Part shown: positions 1 to 13,518 of the stretch, piece by piece
Numbering within the stretch: the stretch's first letter is position 1
Layout of the letters: every line of letters begins with the position of its first letter
Notes under the pieces: generated by a model
Told to the model about the DNA's origin: nothing
The model's input: only the letters and a program-made list of their open reading frames with translations
Database searches by the model: none
Source: Octopus sinensis
Taxonomy: Eukaryota
NCBI RefSeq assembly: GCF_006345805.1
Contig: NC_043001.1
Span: 61,752,001 to 61,816,000 of the forward strand
Length of the DNA: 64,000 nt
Direction of reading: 5' to 3'
Program-made: the position numbers and the translations under genes

Positions 1-59
1 CCCCATGCTTACAGAGGACTTTAATTTGGGAAAGTTAATATCTACTCCCTCACTTACTC

Positions 60-545
60 ATAGTTTCACCGCATTCATCGAGATGATGTTTGGAGAATGT
101 GTTCCAGCGTAGTTTCAAACCTATAGGCGGCCGTTGTCGGCATTAAAGTCTATAACTCTCTTTGACCTACCTCTTCATCAGAACAGTTGAGTATCGTGTT
201 GCTGGGACACCGTTCACATATGCCTAGAATCGATTAGCAAGACCCTTTCTTATTCCGTCAATGACCGTATTGTAGCTTTGTTGCCGACGCAGAATTTTAG
301 AGGGGGTAGTATAGCCCATTCTATGCTAAAAGACGAGTATTTCTGCAGATGACTTGTCACTTTCTGAAGACAAATGTAACAATTTAAATTACTGGGCCGA
401 GAACGTTGACAGAATTATCGAGACGACGTACAAGAATCTCATTTTTGCCATAAAAGTCGGGTTCACCATATGACAGATCATCAGCGTAATCAAGAATACA
501 CAGGAAGAACTTAACAAAATTAAGAAGAAAACATCAAGGATATCG
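60..545 (-). mobile_element. Decayed RTE-clade LINE reverse transcriptase fragment
   Basis: Minus strand 488-474 encodes YADDL, followed by degenerate LYNTVI...YACE and RL..AGH-like RT C-terminal blocks; many stops. Confidence 0.5.
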
Positions 546-1290
546 TTGAGAATCTAGAGTTAGCCGTTCGCAGATTGTATTTCAACGGAAAGAATAGAAG
601 AGTATGTATAAGCGTAGATGACTGGTTAGAAGTAGAAGTAGAGAGTTGACTAAAGAAAGATAAAACGATTAATTTTTGGAGCTGAAAACAAACGATACAA
701 TCAAAGAATTTACTTATTAAATTTAGTAATTTTGAAATTACTAAATGGTATGGAGATCAGAAAACATTTCAAAAGTCAAAGAGAATTTCGAAGAGATCGA
801 AAGCCTGATCATAGCTACATCAATAAACCAGGGTTAATACATATTAGAAAACATTAATAAAGAGGACAACAACTCTACATGTAGATTCTGTGATGAAAAG
901 ACAGACACTGTTGCAAATGTAATTTCAAAATATAAAATGCTTACTGCGAGGGTTTATAAGAACGGGAGACATGACAAAATAATATCAATCATGCATTAGT
1001 GTTTCTATAAAAAGAAAGTGTAAAAAGTTAGTATGACTATAATTCAGAAGACGTCGTAGAAATCAACCACATAAAAGTACGGATAATGAAAATTCAATCA
1101 ATGTTGAAAAGAGATCATTCAAGCCCATATATTGTATTAAATAAAGAACTTGAGAATGTGTTACTTCACTGGTGTGAGGAAGTAGAAAAATTCCAAGATT
1201 GAAAATACAACCATCAAAAGATCTGAGATTGCCATCAAGTTTTCATTGGCGCAACTGTAGTCGGAGCTTTAGGATGAGTTAGTTGTACCT
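545..1290 (+). mobile_element. Decayed R4/Dong-like LINE 3' region (CCHC plus REL endonuclease)
   Basis: Degenerate RLY...R..V, CRFCDEKTDTVANVISKYK...RHDKI (about 875-980) and VVGALG (about 1255-1275); colinear with the better-preserved copy at 52509-53576. Confidence 0.55.
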
Positions 1291-2295
1291 CTTAAGTCAT
1301 CAATAGTAATGCTTACATAGTAAACCAATTAGATTATGTTTTCGCTTCCGTCTACTAAACAATTGCATTCTCGTTTATTAACGTTGCAACTTTGATTAAT
1401 TAACATTGTGCACCAAATCTGCTTGAATCAAAATAGAATGAACCTATCTGTATAGAATGGCGTTATGAACATAGATGAATTTTTAAACAAGGTGTACTAA
1501 AAGAGAAAACAACTCACTATAATTTAATGCCTTTTACGTAAGTATTAAAGTATATATCCCATCATATATATAATTTTCGTTTTAGTTTCCATCAAGAGAA
1601 GAGGTTTAACATGAATAAATTGTGGACAGTGCAATTCCACTTAAAACTATACAAATTAGATTTTAGTTTGTATTTAGCAATTGTAAAATATACTGTTCTA
1701 AATTCGCTTTCTCTTGATGCTTTCTTCTAAACATGCGCCAAAAACAAACATCAATTTAAGTAATGCAAATTTGCTTTAATTCATTTCAGCTTGTCAATGC
1801 TTGCATTCAATTTAGAAAGGAAAACCAATTTCAGAATATTATAATCCTTCTCCTTCTGTGTAGGTGACAAGTTTGATAAATCGATAACATTGCGTTAAGT
1901 ACGAATTCCTCAATCCCGTCAATTTATCTTCTAATTACAATATTTACTAATTCTTTTTTTTTTATCTAGCTGCTTTTCATTTCCATTTGTTTAATGTGTA
2001 TTTTAAGCGACTACATCCATGCTAATCCTAAAAATACGAGAAAATTAATATAAATAAAGCTGTACACTTAAGTTCCATTAAAAAATCCTTATATTTTTAT
2101 GATTGAAGAGGCAAGTGTAATTAAAATAGAGAAATCATCAGAAGAGATTTATTTCCAACGTTTCCGACAATAAAGTTTTTTTCAAGAAAACTTGTATAGC
2201 TGTCTTATTTCTTAGTCATTTATACGTGGTCATAGATATCAAATAGATATTTCGTTTACATCCATTTGCAGCAATATTTTATTGAATACGAAGCT

Positions 2296-2296
<1 letters not shown>

Positions 2297-2327
<31 letters not shown>

Positions 2328-2330
2328 CAT

Positions 2331-2417
<87 letters not shown>
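2297..2417. repeat. (TA)n microsatellite
   Basis: Direct reading. Confidence 0.98.
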
Positions 2418-2421
<4 letters not shown>

Positions 2422-4268
2422 AAGAAAAGAAATAAGTTTTTCTACTCGAGTAGGAACAAAAGAAAAGAAAAAATGCAATTTAAGAAAATTTACTTCCTGG
2501 AAATTTATATACAATTACTTAACCGGTTTCACAACTGTATTTTTGCTTTTTGTTTTGTTTTTGTTTTTTGTTGTTTATTTTTTGTATTTTCGAAATTAAT
2601 GAAATATGGGAAGATTTATCACAGATGTTTTGTGTAGCAGTTCTCCTCCTGAAGATTTATTAACAACGTAGTGTTTTTTAAAATTTTAAGCATTTTTATA
2701 CTCTGTTTAGCTGCTCTGTTTAGCTGTCCAAAACAAGCTGTTTGCAAACCCGTTGATAAAGTCAGTACTTAATTTAGAAATCTGTTTACGCATTTATTTA
2801 TTTCATTCTTTTTGTCAAAGATTATATTGAAGATTTCCAAACAACACGTTACAGTTTCCAATTTTGGTTAGATTCATGTCACATAGCTGTAAGATATGTT
2901 TCTTTAGCTTAAGTTGCGGTTTATATGATTTGAATTGACATATTTTCTTTATTGAATCCTAGTTTTATCAGATCAAAGAGTGAGAAGTCTAGGAATTACG
3001 GGCTGTTGTTCCTTGCCCATATATCTAAGTGTTATCTCAAGAGAATATGCCTATTATTAGCATCTCATATTTGTTGCGTATGAATAGTGAGTTCGGTTCT
3101 CAAAAACTCTAGCATGGGTTGTGATAGGACGAAATCTTTCGACATATTTGATCATCTAAACTTGGGGCTGTTTTCATGGTGGTTCCTTTCGGTTTTGTCT
3201 TCAGAGGTTGAATCGCTGCAATGTACAGGAAAAGCAGCATGGTGATTAGAGTAATTAGAATCTATCGGAACCATTCAGAGTCATGCGCTCAGTTCTTCAA
3301 ATCTGCCATCTCTTCTCTCGATTTACGTGCTGGTTCTCTAACCACTACTGCAGGAATCTCGAGGCTTCAGGGGGCATCCCGCGTCAACAAGATTGGTGGG
3401 AAAATGTGTCACATACATAACGAAACGATGTCACTGAGCCCTCATCAACTTTTCAAGTTCCATTTGAAAATGAAAGTGAGGGTTGATCGGGTAGAGCTGT
3501 GGCCCTGTAAATTTGTTTAAAGGTGGGTGAACATGGCGAGAACGACCCGAGTAAGCGGGCCTTCTCAAGGCTAGCACTTGCAGGATGGAGAAAATGTATG
3601 GTAGAGGAGCGCCTCCAACTCGTACCCTTGAAGGTTATAGTGACGCAGTATATACAGAGTTTCTTGGTTATACATGGGTGGTATTACCCTTTATTGGAGA
3701 ATTTTGTTAGAACTTTCTTGCTAATTAATATTACTTTTATTGCTCATACGTGCTTATAACGTTTCTTCAAACATCGATAATAATGGTATGAGTGATGATA
3801 TATCAAATATCCAAAATCCATATTCTTGTTGCACTTCTAGTTCAAGGGTTGGTCAAAGTAGAAAGCTTATCTTATGCGCTTGAAGAATTCACCTGTTTTT
3901 TGTTTTTGTTTTTTTTTTGTTTTTTGTATTATTAGTCTCAGTTATGTCATATTAGGAAGTATGATTATGTTCTTAGTAAAACTGTTTAATAGTTGTTTGT
4001 AATCCTAAACATTTATCAGGACGTGCCAAATTTCAGAGACTAATATTTTATATTTTTATTTCGCTGAAATTGAGTCAGTCAAAGTTGACTACTTTCATGT
4101 GTAATGTTCAATACAAAATAGGAATCTACAACTTCCTAGTTTGTCAATTAAAACTTCCTGCTATGATCGTTTCGAATACTGGTCGTCTTCAGATATAGTT
4201 AAACATTTTATAGCTTGTTTTATCTAGTCTATGTAGAACATCACCGCCAAGTAGCGTTAAGTTAGTTA

Positions 4269-5953
4269 TCTCTATATATATAAAACTGAGAATGTGTGTC
4301 TGTCTGTCTGTCTGTCTGTTTCCATAAAACTTGAGAACTACACAACCAATTTCATTCAAATTTTACACATGCCTTACTTAGGGTCCGGGGAGTGTCATCG
4401 GCAAAAAAATGCTCAACTTTTTGCCTAGGGCGAGCCCACAGCAATATCATATCTTCTCTACTACGATTCCCTAAAACTTGAGAACCACACAACCAATTTC
4501 ATTAAAAGTTTACACATGCCTTACTTAGGGTCCATGTAGTTTCATGGGCAAAAAAAATGTTCAACTTCTTGCCTAGAGCGAGCCCATAGCAATATCATAT
4601 CTTCTCCACTATTTCTGTATTACGTGATAAAAGTGAAACAAAAACATTTCTCTATTTTATGTCAGATACTTTCACTTTAACAATAAAAATAATAATAACA
4701 ATTGAATTATATGTAGTAAGTAATAATTAAAATCAAACTAAAATACAATATAATCATAACATAACAAAAGTAAAAATAGCAATTGGTATAAAATTGCATC
4801 AATGATTTGAACTTGAATAAGTAGTTTCACATGAATGGGAATAAATTAAAAATAAAATTAGCGTGCAGAAATGGAATAGTCCAGATGGAGCTGTGCTTTT
4901 ACATTAGATTATCTGCTAATTAGCAAGCATTAAGTATCTATATGAAGTTTGGCTGTGTTTAATATCTGTTTTCTCGAACAGCCGCTCCTGTTGGTTTATT
5001 TCTTATACATAAAGGACTAAAGCTTCAACTGCTTACTGCTTTCTGGCTCATCGTAAGGTTAGTTGTTATTATTATTACTGTTTAACTATTGTTATCACGT
5101 TTGTTGGTTCCTCGTAAAGGAAACAGTGTTGTGTTACATTTGTTAAATAATTGTAAACTGTAAGCCTCCCCCTTTGGGAGAAGGAGCTTTGGTTTTTGTT
5201 TAAAAATTGAATTGTGTCCCTGTTTGGGGAAATTGGCAATATTTTCACCGTTTACACGGAAGCATTTTTGTTAGAATGCCTTCGATAGAAGAAAGTCCAA
5301 AATGAATTTCGCTGCAGCCGTCGGTGGGTGCGAACTCATTGAAATTAAAATGGAAGAAATACGGATTGATCACCGACAAAGACGGTGGATCTAGGATAAC
5401 ACCAACAAACGAAATAAAAAATTAAATTAAAGAAAAGACTATTGTCTATAAAATATACAATGTAGAGAAAAAAAAGAGATTTGAACACCAGGAGGAAAGC
5501 ACCATCGAAAAGTGTCTTGGTGCGACTATGAAAGATATCTAACTAGAGGCGGTAAATTCGCCACAATAGAAGCAAGGTTCGAGTCAACGGAGCGTGCAAG
5601 TACTCGACTTGAACCTTGCAAAGTGGAAATATTTTATTTTTACCTTTATATCTGGACGTAGGACGTCCCAAATAAAAATTTAAAATGTCCCCCAAGAAGT
5701 AGAGGTAGGCTGGATTGTAGCCACACTTCTATACAAGAGGGAGGACAAGATACAATGATCGAAATTGCAAGAGACGGGCCTACAATTCCAGTCTGTTATA
5801 TATTTTGAGTATTGTTATCACTAGCGATATCAAGATATAACTTTGTATTTTGTATTTTATGTGTAGATGTATATATATAGATGTACATGTAATATGTACA
5901 CATATATACATGCACTAGCACTATGACCCGGCAACGACGGGTCATTATGCTAG
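4269..5953 (+). mobile_element. Non-autonomous Helitron
   Basis: 5' A|TCTCTATATATATAAAACTG at 4269; (GTCT)n near the 5' end; 3' hairpin ATGACCCG-gcaacga-CGGGTCAT (5923-5945); terminal CTAG 5950-5953 followed by T; no TSD; internal 147-bp tandem duplication (4325 and 4472). Confidence 0.85.
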
Positions 5954-6083
5954 TAAATTATAAAATATGTATGAAGCGATCTTATAGTTATGTTCAGCTA
6001 TAACTAAAGTGAAATTAAAACATATATTATCAATCATTGCTGTTGTACAAAGCTGATTGTATTGCCATTGCAGTTTATATAAT

Positions 6084-6130
6084 GTATGTATGTATATATG
6101 CGTATGTATGTGTGCATGTGTGTGTGTGTT

Positions 6131-6224
<94 letters not shown>
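6084..6224. repeat. (TG)n microsatellite
   Basis: Direct reading. Confidence 0.98.
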
Positions 6225-6226
<2 letters not shown>

Positions 6227-6235
6227 TGATTCCCC

Positions 6236-7010
6236 GATGAAATTTCAGACAGGATGGAGAAAGGAAACATGACTGAAAGAATAAATTTCACCCCACAGAA
6301 AATTCCTTACGAATTTAGCGGCACCATTTATCTACAAATATCCGAGACTGCGATGGGAATGATGGTTGATCATGCGTACACGAATTTAGTCATGGCGAAA
6401 TTTATAAGTAATTCGGATCAGTGCTAAATTGCCTTCCAAAAACTGAACTCCAATAGTCAAAAGATGTAGTCATCCCAATGCGGAGACTGCACCTACCTTA
6501 TACAAGACATCCTATAAATTCAAATCAGGACATATATTCACTGTACGAAATTACTTCACCTGTTCATAAATAAATTTTATTTGTGCTATTAAGTGAAATG
6601 GCTGTAACACTTATTATATAGGCCCAAGTCATCCCTTATAAAACTAGGTATATGATTCAGAATGGGTTTCAATAGATATACACTATCGTACAATTTGATT
6701 CTCTGTCTGAAGAATTTCTTACATGTTTATCCAATATGTACAACTTTAGATTCTTATTAGCTAATGAAACATGAGTAATGGGGAATAAATAATACCAGAC
6801 TATTTTCTAACTTCCCATTTTGTTATATGAATCACCGGTCTGGGACATATATGCAAATAGTGCGAAGTTTATTGTCTAATGTGCTGGGGCGTAGCATATT
6901 TCGTTTCGAGGTGTTTCGCGTACATGATACTGATGAGCCACAATAATTGCGAAATATCGATATCTATCATTCTCGATTATTTCCTGGTGAGTTGTTCCGC
7001 CTGCTTTGGG
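6236..7010 (+). mobile_element. Decayed Penelope-like element fragment with pLTR
   Basis: From 6311 reads EFSGTIYLQISETAMGMMVDHAYTNLVMA, a decayed PLE RT YxQxxGxAMG...YANL block; HHR downstream. Confidence 0.6.
6924..6970 (+). ncRNA. Minimal type-I hammerhead ribozyme motif
   Basis: ATGATA-CTGATGA-GC(10 nt)GC-GAAA-T ATCGAT A-TC-TATCAT: 6-bp helix I, intact core, palindromic helix III, AUC cleavage after 6964; helix II weak (2 bp). Confidence 0.7.
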
Positions 7011-8289
7011 ACATTCAGTGTTCTTTAACACTAGGTATCATGTAGGGATCTCTCACAGGACACTATACCGCAGCAAAGGGGCGTGTAAACAAAACACATA
7101 CACAATGCCGCACGATCGATGTTTACAATATTAGAGCTGCCTTTAATTCGTAAGATAAGAAAAATTCAGTCTCGTAAATGTCTTCATGTTTAAAAACATG
7201 GTGTCAGCAATACATATGCCCAGTTGATAGAATGAAGTGGCATGAGGAGAAATGGTTCCAATAACTATGATTCTATGTAGTAGCCAACTCACCTCAACAA
7301 AAACGTAACCAATTCTTCTGGCTATTCTAGCAGCGACAGTAACATAACAAACAGTAACTTGACAGTCGAAAGCGTGAGGTACAACAGGAAACCAACAATA
7401 ACAACAACAATATCAGCAACAATAACAATTACAACTGCAGCAGTAACAACAACTCGAATACCAAAAGTATCAATACTGTTAGCAAAAGTAAGAACAACAG
7501 CAACAACGACAGCAGCAGCAAGAGTGATGGCAATAGCAGTATCAGCAGCAGACATAAAAGTAGCCAAAGTAACAATGACAACAACAGCAGCTAGGTGAAC
7601 CTGCCCAAGGGAGCTACAGAGCCTCTTCCAAGAATACAAGGCCGCTAAGTTGGCGCGGACACTGCTCGATTTAAGAAAACTCAAGGAAAACGTGCAGCAT
7701 AAACTGTGGAAACAAGAATACTAGCAGTTGCAACCATGGAGATGAACAATTTCAAGCAAATATTTGTCACAGAAGGGATATATTAACCTAGTAACTCACA
7801 CTGTTCTTTAAATAATCCTTCCTTGCATGCAGTAACAGAGGCATATACACAAGAAAATATAACTCTGCCCTCTAACGATTATTCTTTTAACTGTACTTCT
7901 TGTGAAAAAAAGGACCGAGAAAAAGAAAGGTCTGAGAAATGGAACACCAAACAACGCTTAAACCACAGCATCGGAAATGCATCATCCCTACCACCACATC
8001 CACTAACAGCAGCAAAAAGAAAGCACATAAAACAACAAACACACAAACCCAACAACAACTTGAATGACATCACCAAGTACACAAAACCCACCCACAGAAT
8101 CAACTTGCACAACTTCCAGCTTTGGCCAGTCAGAAGATAAAATAAATAATTTTTATCTTACATAGCACAAAATTGTGACAGACAGAGTAAAATGCGTAGT
8201 CTTTCAATAAAAGAATGGCAAAAATACTGAAGGACTGAAATTACTGAAGGCACAAATTACAACTCAACCATCAAGTTCCTCTAACCACG

Positions 8290-9698
8290 GATAGCAATTT
8301 TCTCCTTACATAGATACACGTTTCTCTAGAGAATATATGTACTATAGAATCTTTAATGGAAATTGATATCAACATCCTATATAGGGTGATCCCACACCAC
8401 GAAGGACTTCTTGCCCTCAAACACTTCCTAGACCTTCGACCCAACCCCCAGACTGACATGTCCACACTTCTTCATCTGGCCGAACTTGTTCTCTCCCTCA
8501 ACTGCTTCTCGTTCTCGGGGAGTTTTAACAACATTCACAGGAGTGGCCATGGGAGCGAGAATGGGCCCCAACAATGCGAACTTGTTCGCTGGCTACGTTA
8601 AGGCACAAATATTCTCATGATTCACTGGTCCCACTCCCGAACTATACAGCACTTCCATGGATCGTGCTTCTGCTCGCTCTCCCCTTACTCGACACCCCGT
8701 TTCCCGTTTCCCCCTCAGCTACCACCCGTCCACCCTGCCCTCCAACGCACCATTCTCCGAGTTTTCCGTTGACTGCAGTCCGATCCCTCCACCTATCACA
8801 TCCTCCCCAACCTACCCCTTCCCTCCTTCAAATGATCCTACAATCTGAGTGACCTCCTGGACCTCAGTTTCTTCCCTATCCCCACCTCCCAACCTGGTTC
8901 GTTCCCCTGCCTCCGCCCACACTGTCGCTCATGCCTTTATCACTCCAACACCACCATCCTCATAGGCACACATCATCGTCCCTGTCATATCACCGACTCC
9001 TTTCCCTGCACTTCTAGCAACGTCTTTACTGCATCTCCCACTCTTTCTGCCCTTCTTTGTACATCGGTCAAACAGGATGGCTTGGCTGACCGGTTTGTGG
9101 AAAAACTCCGAGACATCAGACGCCCACTCCCACACACCCAACCCTACCCCCACATCTACATCCCTCACACACCCCACACGACATCCCACCCTACCACAGA
9201 ACCACACCACATCACACCACCCCACTCCACATTCACAAGCACTGACCACTTTCCAGTACCCACACCATCACCTGCACACCCACACACCATCTTCCACGAG
9301 CCCATCATCCACAAACCCAAAACATTATAGACGGAAACACTTACACACGCAAACATCCACACTCGTGAAAGTCACTAGCTCCTATCCACATACACACACT
9401 TACACGTTCTCACATACACACACACGCAGGCGCACCTTCGTTTCCGAAGCCCCAACACTTTATTATCTCCCGTTCTTTCTTCCTCTCTTGTCAAACCATT
9501 TTTTCCAACCAGTCGCCGTGCTAGACCGTAAATCCATAAGCTTTTTATTCTTCGTGTTTATTTTCTCTTATTCCTTTCGGCTACAGAGTGGAGGATCGTA
9601 ACGTAAAAGACCCTCACTTTCCCGAGCGTCAAATAAATACATCTGCTTTTTGTTCATACATCTGACTTCGTCATTTCTTTTTCTGTAAATTTCAATTA
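8290..9698 (+). mobile_element. Penelope-like element (Poseidon-type), internally deleted
   Basis: RT block LYRVIPHHEGLLALKHFLD..TLLHLAELVLSLNCFSF; GIY-YIG block CTSSNVF/YCI..LYIGQTG..LADRF.EKLRDIR near 9005-9125; CA-rich tail and pLTR ending at the TA-rich tract; degenerate HHR near 9572-9609. Confidence 0.8.
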
Positions 9699-10176
9699 CA
9701 TATGTATATAGGCATCCATATATGTGTATATATATATACATACATATATAGATATATATGCACATATATATACAAATATACATATGCAAATATACATGTA
9801 TATATAAACATATATATACATATATATATAGACATACATGTACATATATATATACATATACAAACATATACATACATATATATATATACATATATGAATA
9901 TACATATATATACATGCATATATATATATATATATATACATTCATATATATACATATATATACATATATACATATATATATATACATACATGTACATATA
10001 TATACATATATATACATATATATACATTTCCATACATATTTATATAGATACATATATATATGCAAACATATACATATGCATACATATATATGTAAATATA
10101 TATATATGCATATATATATATATATATATATATACGTATATGTATATATATATGTATATATATATATATGTATATG

Positions 10177-10225
<49 letters not shown>

Positions 10226-10406
10226 GTATACATATATATATATATATATATATATATCTATATATATATATATAATTTTAATCCAAACGGGAAAACAGAA
10301 AAAACAACACGTGGAACAATTACAGTATTATTATTAATAGGCGCTCAGGAAAGATATGTATATATATATGTATACATATATATATATATCTATCTATCTA
10401 TCTATC

Positions 10407-10443
<37 letters not shown>

Positions 10444-10449
10444 ATACAT

Positions 10450-10512
<63 letters not shown>

Positions 10513-10553
10513 TACATATATATATATATATACATATATACATATATATATAT

Positions 10554-10616
<63 letters not shown>

Positions 10617-10663
10617 ATATACATATATACATATATATATATAGATATATATATATATATATA
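9699..10663. repeat. Compound (TA)n/(CATATA)n microsatellite tract
   Basis: Direct reading; source of many I/Y-rich spurious ORFs. Confidence 0.97.
10270..10345 (-). mobile_element. Short pLTR 3'-end fragment inside (TA)n
   Basis: Reverse complement (TTTCCTGAGCG..TTGTTCCACGT..GTTTGGATTAA) matches the pLTR end at 13435-13515; TA repeats on both sides. Confidence 0.7.
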
Positions 10664-11354
10664 AGTAAATAAATGATACAACGAGGCACCGATATTTACT
10701 GGAAAGTAGCAATCGTAATAAATACGACGCTGTTGTATAACTTCACTGCGTATATACTACCAAAGACGCGTGTGTGCAACAAGCATGAAAAAAATTGTCT
10801 TACCTCTAGGAAGAACATCCGAAAATGGAAAACCTAGAATCGGATAATGCAGGACCGGTTTCAGACTCTTCAAATACGTTTGACAACGTAGATTTGATTT
10901 GTCTTCATCAGCTGCATATACCTAGACAATATTTCAAATGTTGCCACATCTATGCCAGTACACTTGTCTGGACGCCAAAACGTTAACAGAACGATAACAG
11001 TGAAGAAGTTTCGATGAAAATAATAATACAATACGAAAGTATTACTTTCCAGTAAAAAATAGCCCGTAAGAGTAAAATTATACATATAAAAGTAAATAAA
11101 TGGTACAACGAGGCACCGATATTTACTGGAAAATAGCAATCGTAATAAATACGACGCTATTGTATAGCTTCACTGCGTATATACTACCAAAGACGCGTGT
11201 GTGCTACAAACATGAAAAAAATTTGTCTTACCTCTAGGAAGAACATCTGAAAATGGAAAACCTAGAATCGGATAATGCAGGACCGGTTTCAGACTCTTCA
11301 AATACGTTTGACAACGTAGATTTGATTTGTCTTCATCAGCTGCATATACCTAGA
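10664..11354 (-). repeat. 427-bp-period tandem unit (about 1.6 copies) with degenerate HHR
   Basis: 10665-10926 recurs at 11092-11354; minus strand reads CTGATGA-A-GACAA..TTGTC-AAA-CGTA (G12 missing) at 10871-10916 and 11298-11343. Confidence 0.75.
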
Positions 11355-11357
11355 TAT

Positions 11358-11839
11358 ATATATCAATAATAACAAAGGGTAAAATTAATTAATTAAGAAG
11401 TAATCAATAATTTCACCAAGTAGAATTCGGCATGAAAAAGGACCATTTCACGGTAAACTTAAGTAATACTTAATAATTAGGGTTCAGCAAAGATTTGCTC
11501 TGCTACCGTTAAGTGGAGAGATATGTTCAATTATTCCAGTACCCCCGAATTTAATATTTCAATATTTAATTATTGAGGAATGCCATGCTGATGAGGAAAA
11601 TGGTTGGTAAAGTATAATTCTATATTCTTTATACCGATCTAATTCCCAAAAGCGCGTCCATGGATGACCAGATATTGATTGATTTTCGTTACTTTCCTCT
11701 GCCTGTGTGGATTGTTTTCAAGTATTTTGATTTCTCTGGGAGTCCCTTTTTAAAGTAGAAGAAATAGCGAAGGTTTTGGATGTTATTTCTAAACTTCGGT
11801 ATGCGGTAAAGCAAATCTTTGCTGAACCCTAATTATTAA

Positions 11840-11842
<3 letters not shown>
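11358..11842. mobile_element. pLTR-derived fold-back element with degenerate HHR (11583-11663, +)
   Basis: 33-bp perfect inverted repeat TACTTAATAATTAGGGTTCAGCAAAGATTTGCT; CCATG-CTGATGA-GGAA..TTCC-CAAAA-GCGCG-TC-CATGG; homologous to 16010-17180. Confidence 0.7.
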
Positions 11843-11898
<56 letters not shown>

Positions 11899-11939
11899 GA
11901 CATACATATACATACATATACATACATATACATACATGT

Positions 11940-12250
11940 AGGGGCACTCCATCGGTTACGATGACGAGGGTCTCAGCAGAAACGATCAACGGAACAGCTT
12001 GCTCGCAACATTAACGTGCAAGTGGGTGAGCTCTCCACAGACACGTGTACCCTAAACGTAGCTCTCAGGGAGATTCAACATGACACAGAGTGTGACACGG
12101 CTAACCCTTTGAAATACAGGTACTAATCATTTTTGCCAGCTGAGTGAACTGGTGCAACGTGCTCAAGGACACAACGCGTCGCCTGGAATTGAACTCACGA
12201 CCTTACGATCGCGGTCCGAATGCCCTAACCATTAAGTCACGCGTCTTCAC
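11940..12250 (-). mobile_element. tRNA-derived SINE
   Basis: Minus-strand head with A box (TGACTTAATGG) and B box (GAGTTCAATTCC); 3' domain shared with the SINE at 49425-49781. Confidence 0.8.
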
Positions 12251-12311
12251 TATATATATATATAGTGAAGACGCGTGGCTTAATGGTTAGGGCATTACAT
12301 ATATATATATA

Positions 12312-13252
12312 TAGGCGAGAAAAAATTATAAAAAGGCAGAATGCTAAATTGAAGGTAAATTTTAATAAAAGTGGGAGTATGAAAAATTTAAAAAAAAATT
12401 TCTTTTAATATTAACTCTAACCGGTTTTCATGGCAATGCAAATTTTCAAGAATTGAAAGGTGAAAAGAATTTTTTTTTAATTGAGGAGGGGGAAAAAAGA
12501 AATTTACGAAAAAATAATAATAAACATACAAAAATTAAAAAATAGGTTTACCGATACATTGTAAAGTCTTTATGTATCTTGAGGTCAATGATAGTCTTTG
12601 GAAAAATTACCTTGGAGGATTAAGATCCATGTGATTAAACGTGGTGTTTAATTTAGGATGTTTGTTAAATGAATGTCAAAACAGGAAATGGGGTAGGAGT
12701 TATCCAGTTCCTGTGGGTAAGGGGAGACAACTCCGTGGATTTTATGCTCTTCAATTGAGATTATCAATTTTTTGTCAGATAGGATGTTAGAAAAAAGAAG
12801 TATGATCATCGTGGAGTTTGCATATTAAGATGCGTTTTGAATTTTTCAATAAAAAGATTCTCCTTGTTAATTCTTTCTTTTGTAGTGATTCCTAAATTAA
12901 ACACCACGTTTAATCATAAGGATCTTAATCCTCCAAGGTAATTTTTCCAAGGACTATCATTGAACTCAAGATACATAAAGACTTTACAATGTATCGGTAT
13001 ACCTATTTTTTTAATTTTTATATATGTTTATTATTCTTTTTTTTGCAAAAAACAATGTAAATTTCTTTTTCCCCCTCCTCAATTTAAAAAAAAATTCTTT
13101 TCACCTTTCAATTCTTGAAAATTTGCATTGCGATGAAAACCGGTAAGAGTTAATATTAAAAAAAATTTTTTTTTTAATTTTCCATACACCCACTTTTATT
13201 AAAATTTACCATCAATTTAGCATCTGCCTTTTTATAATTTTTCCTCGCCTAT
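12312..13252. mobile_element. Inverted pLTR-like pair (about 350-bp arms, about 230-bp spacer)
   Basis: 12312-12660 is the diverged reverse complement of 12890-13252; each arm has a degenerate HHR remnant (..GAAA-ACCGGT-A/T-AGA). Confidence 0.75.
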
Positions 13253-13518
13253 CATTTCTCCACGTGCGGTCAACACAACTCCACCATTTAATAACTTACA
13301 TATATATAAAATGTGACCTTGCGTGTACCGTTGGCGATTTTTTTCCTCTGTCTTCCCTTCTCTGGATCTTTCCTTCTCCTATGTTTCCGACGAAGAGCTC
13401 CGCTCGAAACGTTAAACCCTCCTTCTTTCCTTCTTTCCTGAGCGTACAATAATACTACATTTGTTCCACGTCCTCGCGTTGTTGTTTTTTTTGTGCTTTC
13501 TTGTTTGGATTAACTTTA

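Noticed and set aside
3221-3759. GC-richer block with two short ORFs
   Set aside because: No recognisable domain or splice structure; probably an unidentified old repeat.
4160-4200. Minus-strand CTGAAGA..TC-GAAA-CGATCA
   Set aside because: Helices I and II do not close; at most a highly decayed HHR.
7322-7684. Thr/Ala-rich and Val-rich ORFs
   Set aside because: Degenerate (ACA/GCA)n trinucleotide region with no domain or splice evidence.
12180-12296. tRNA-like A/B boxes here and at 49425-49495
   Set aside because: These are SINE heads; no full cloverleaf, and they continue into SINE bodies.
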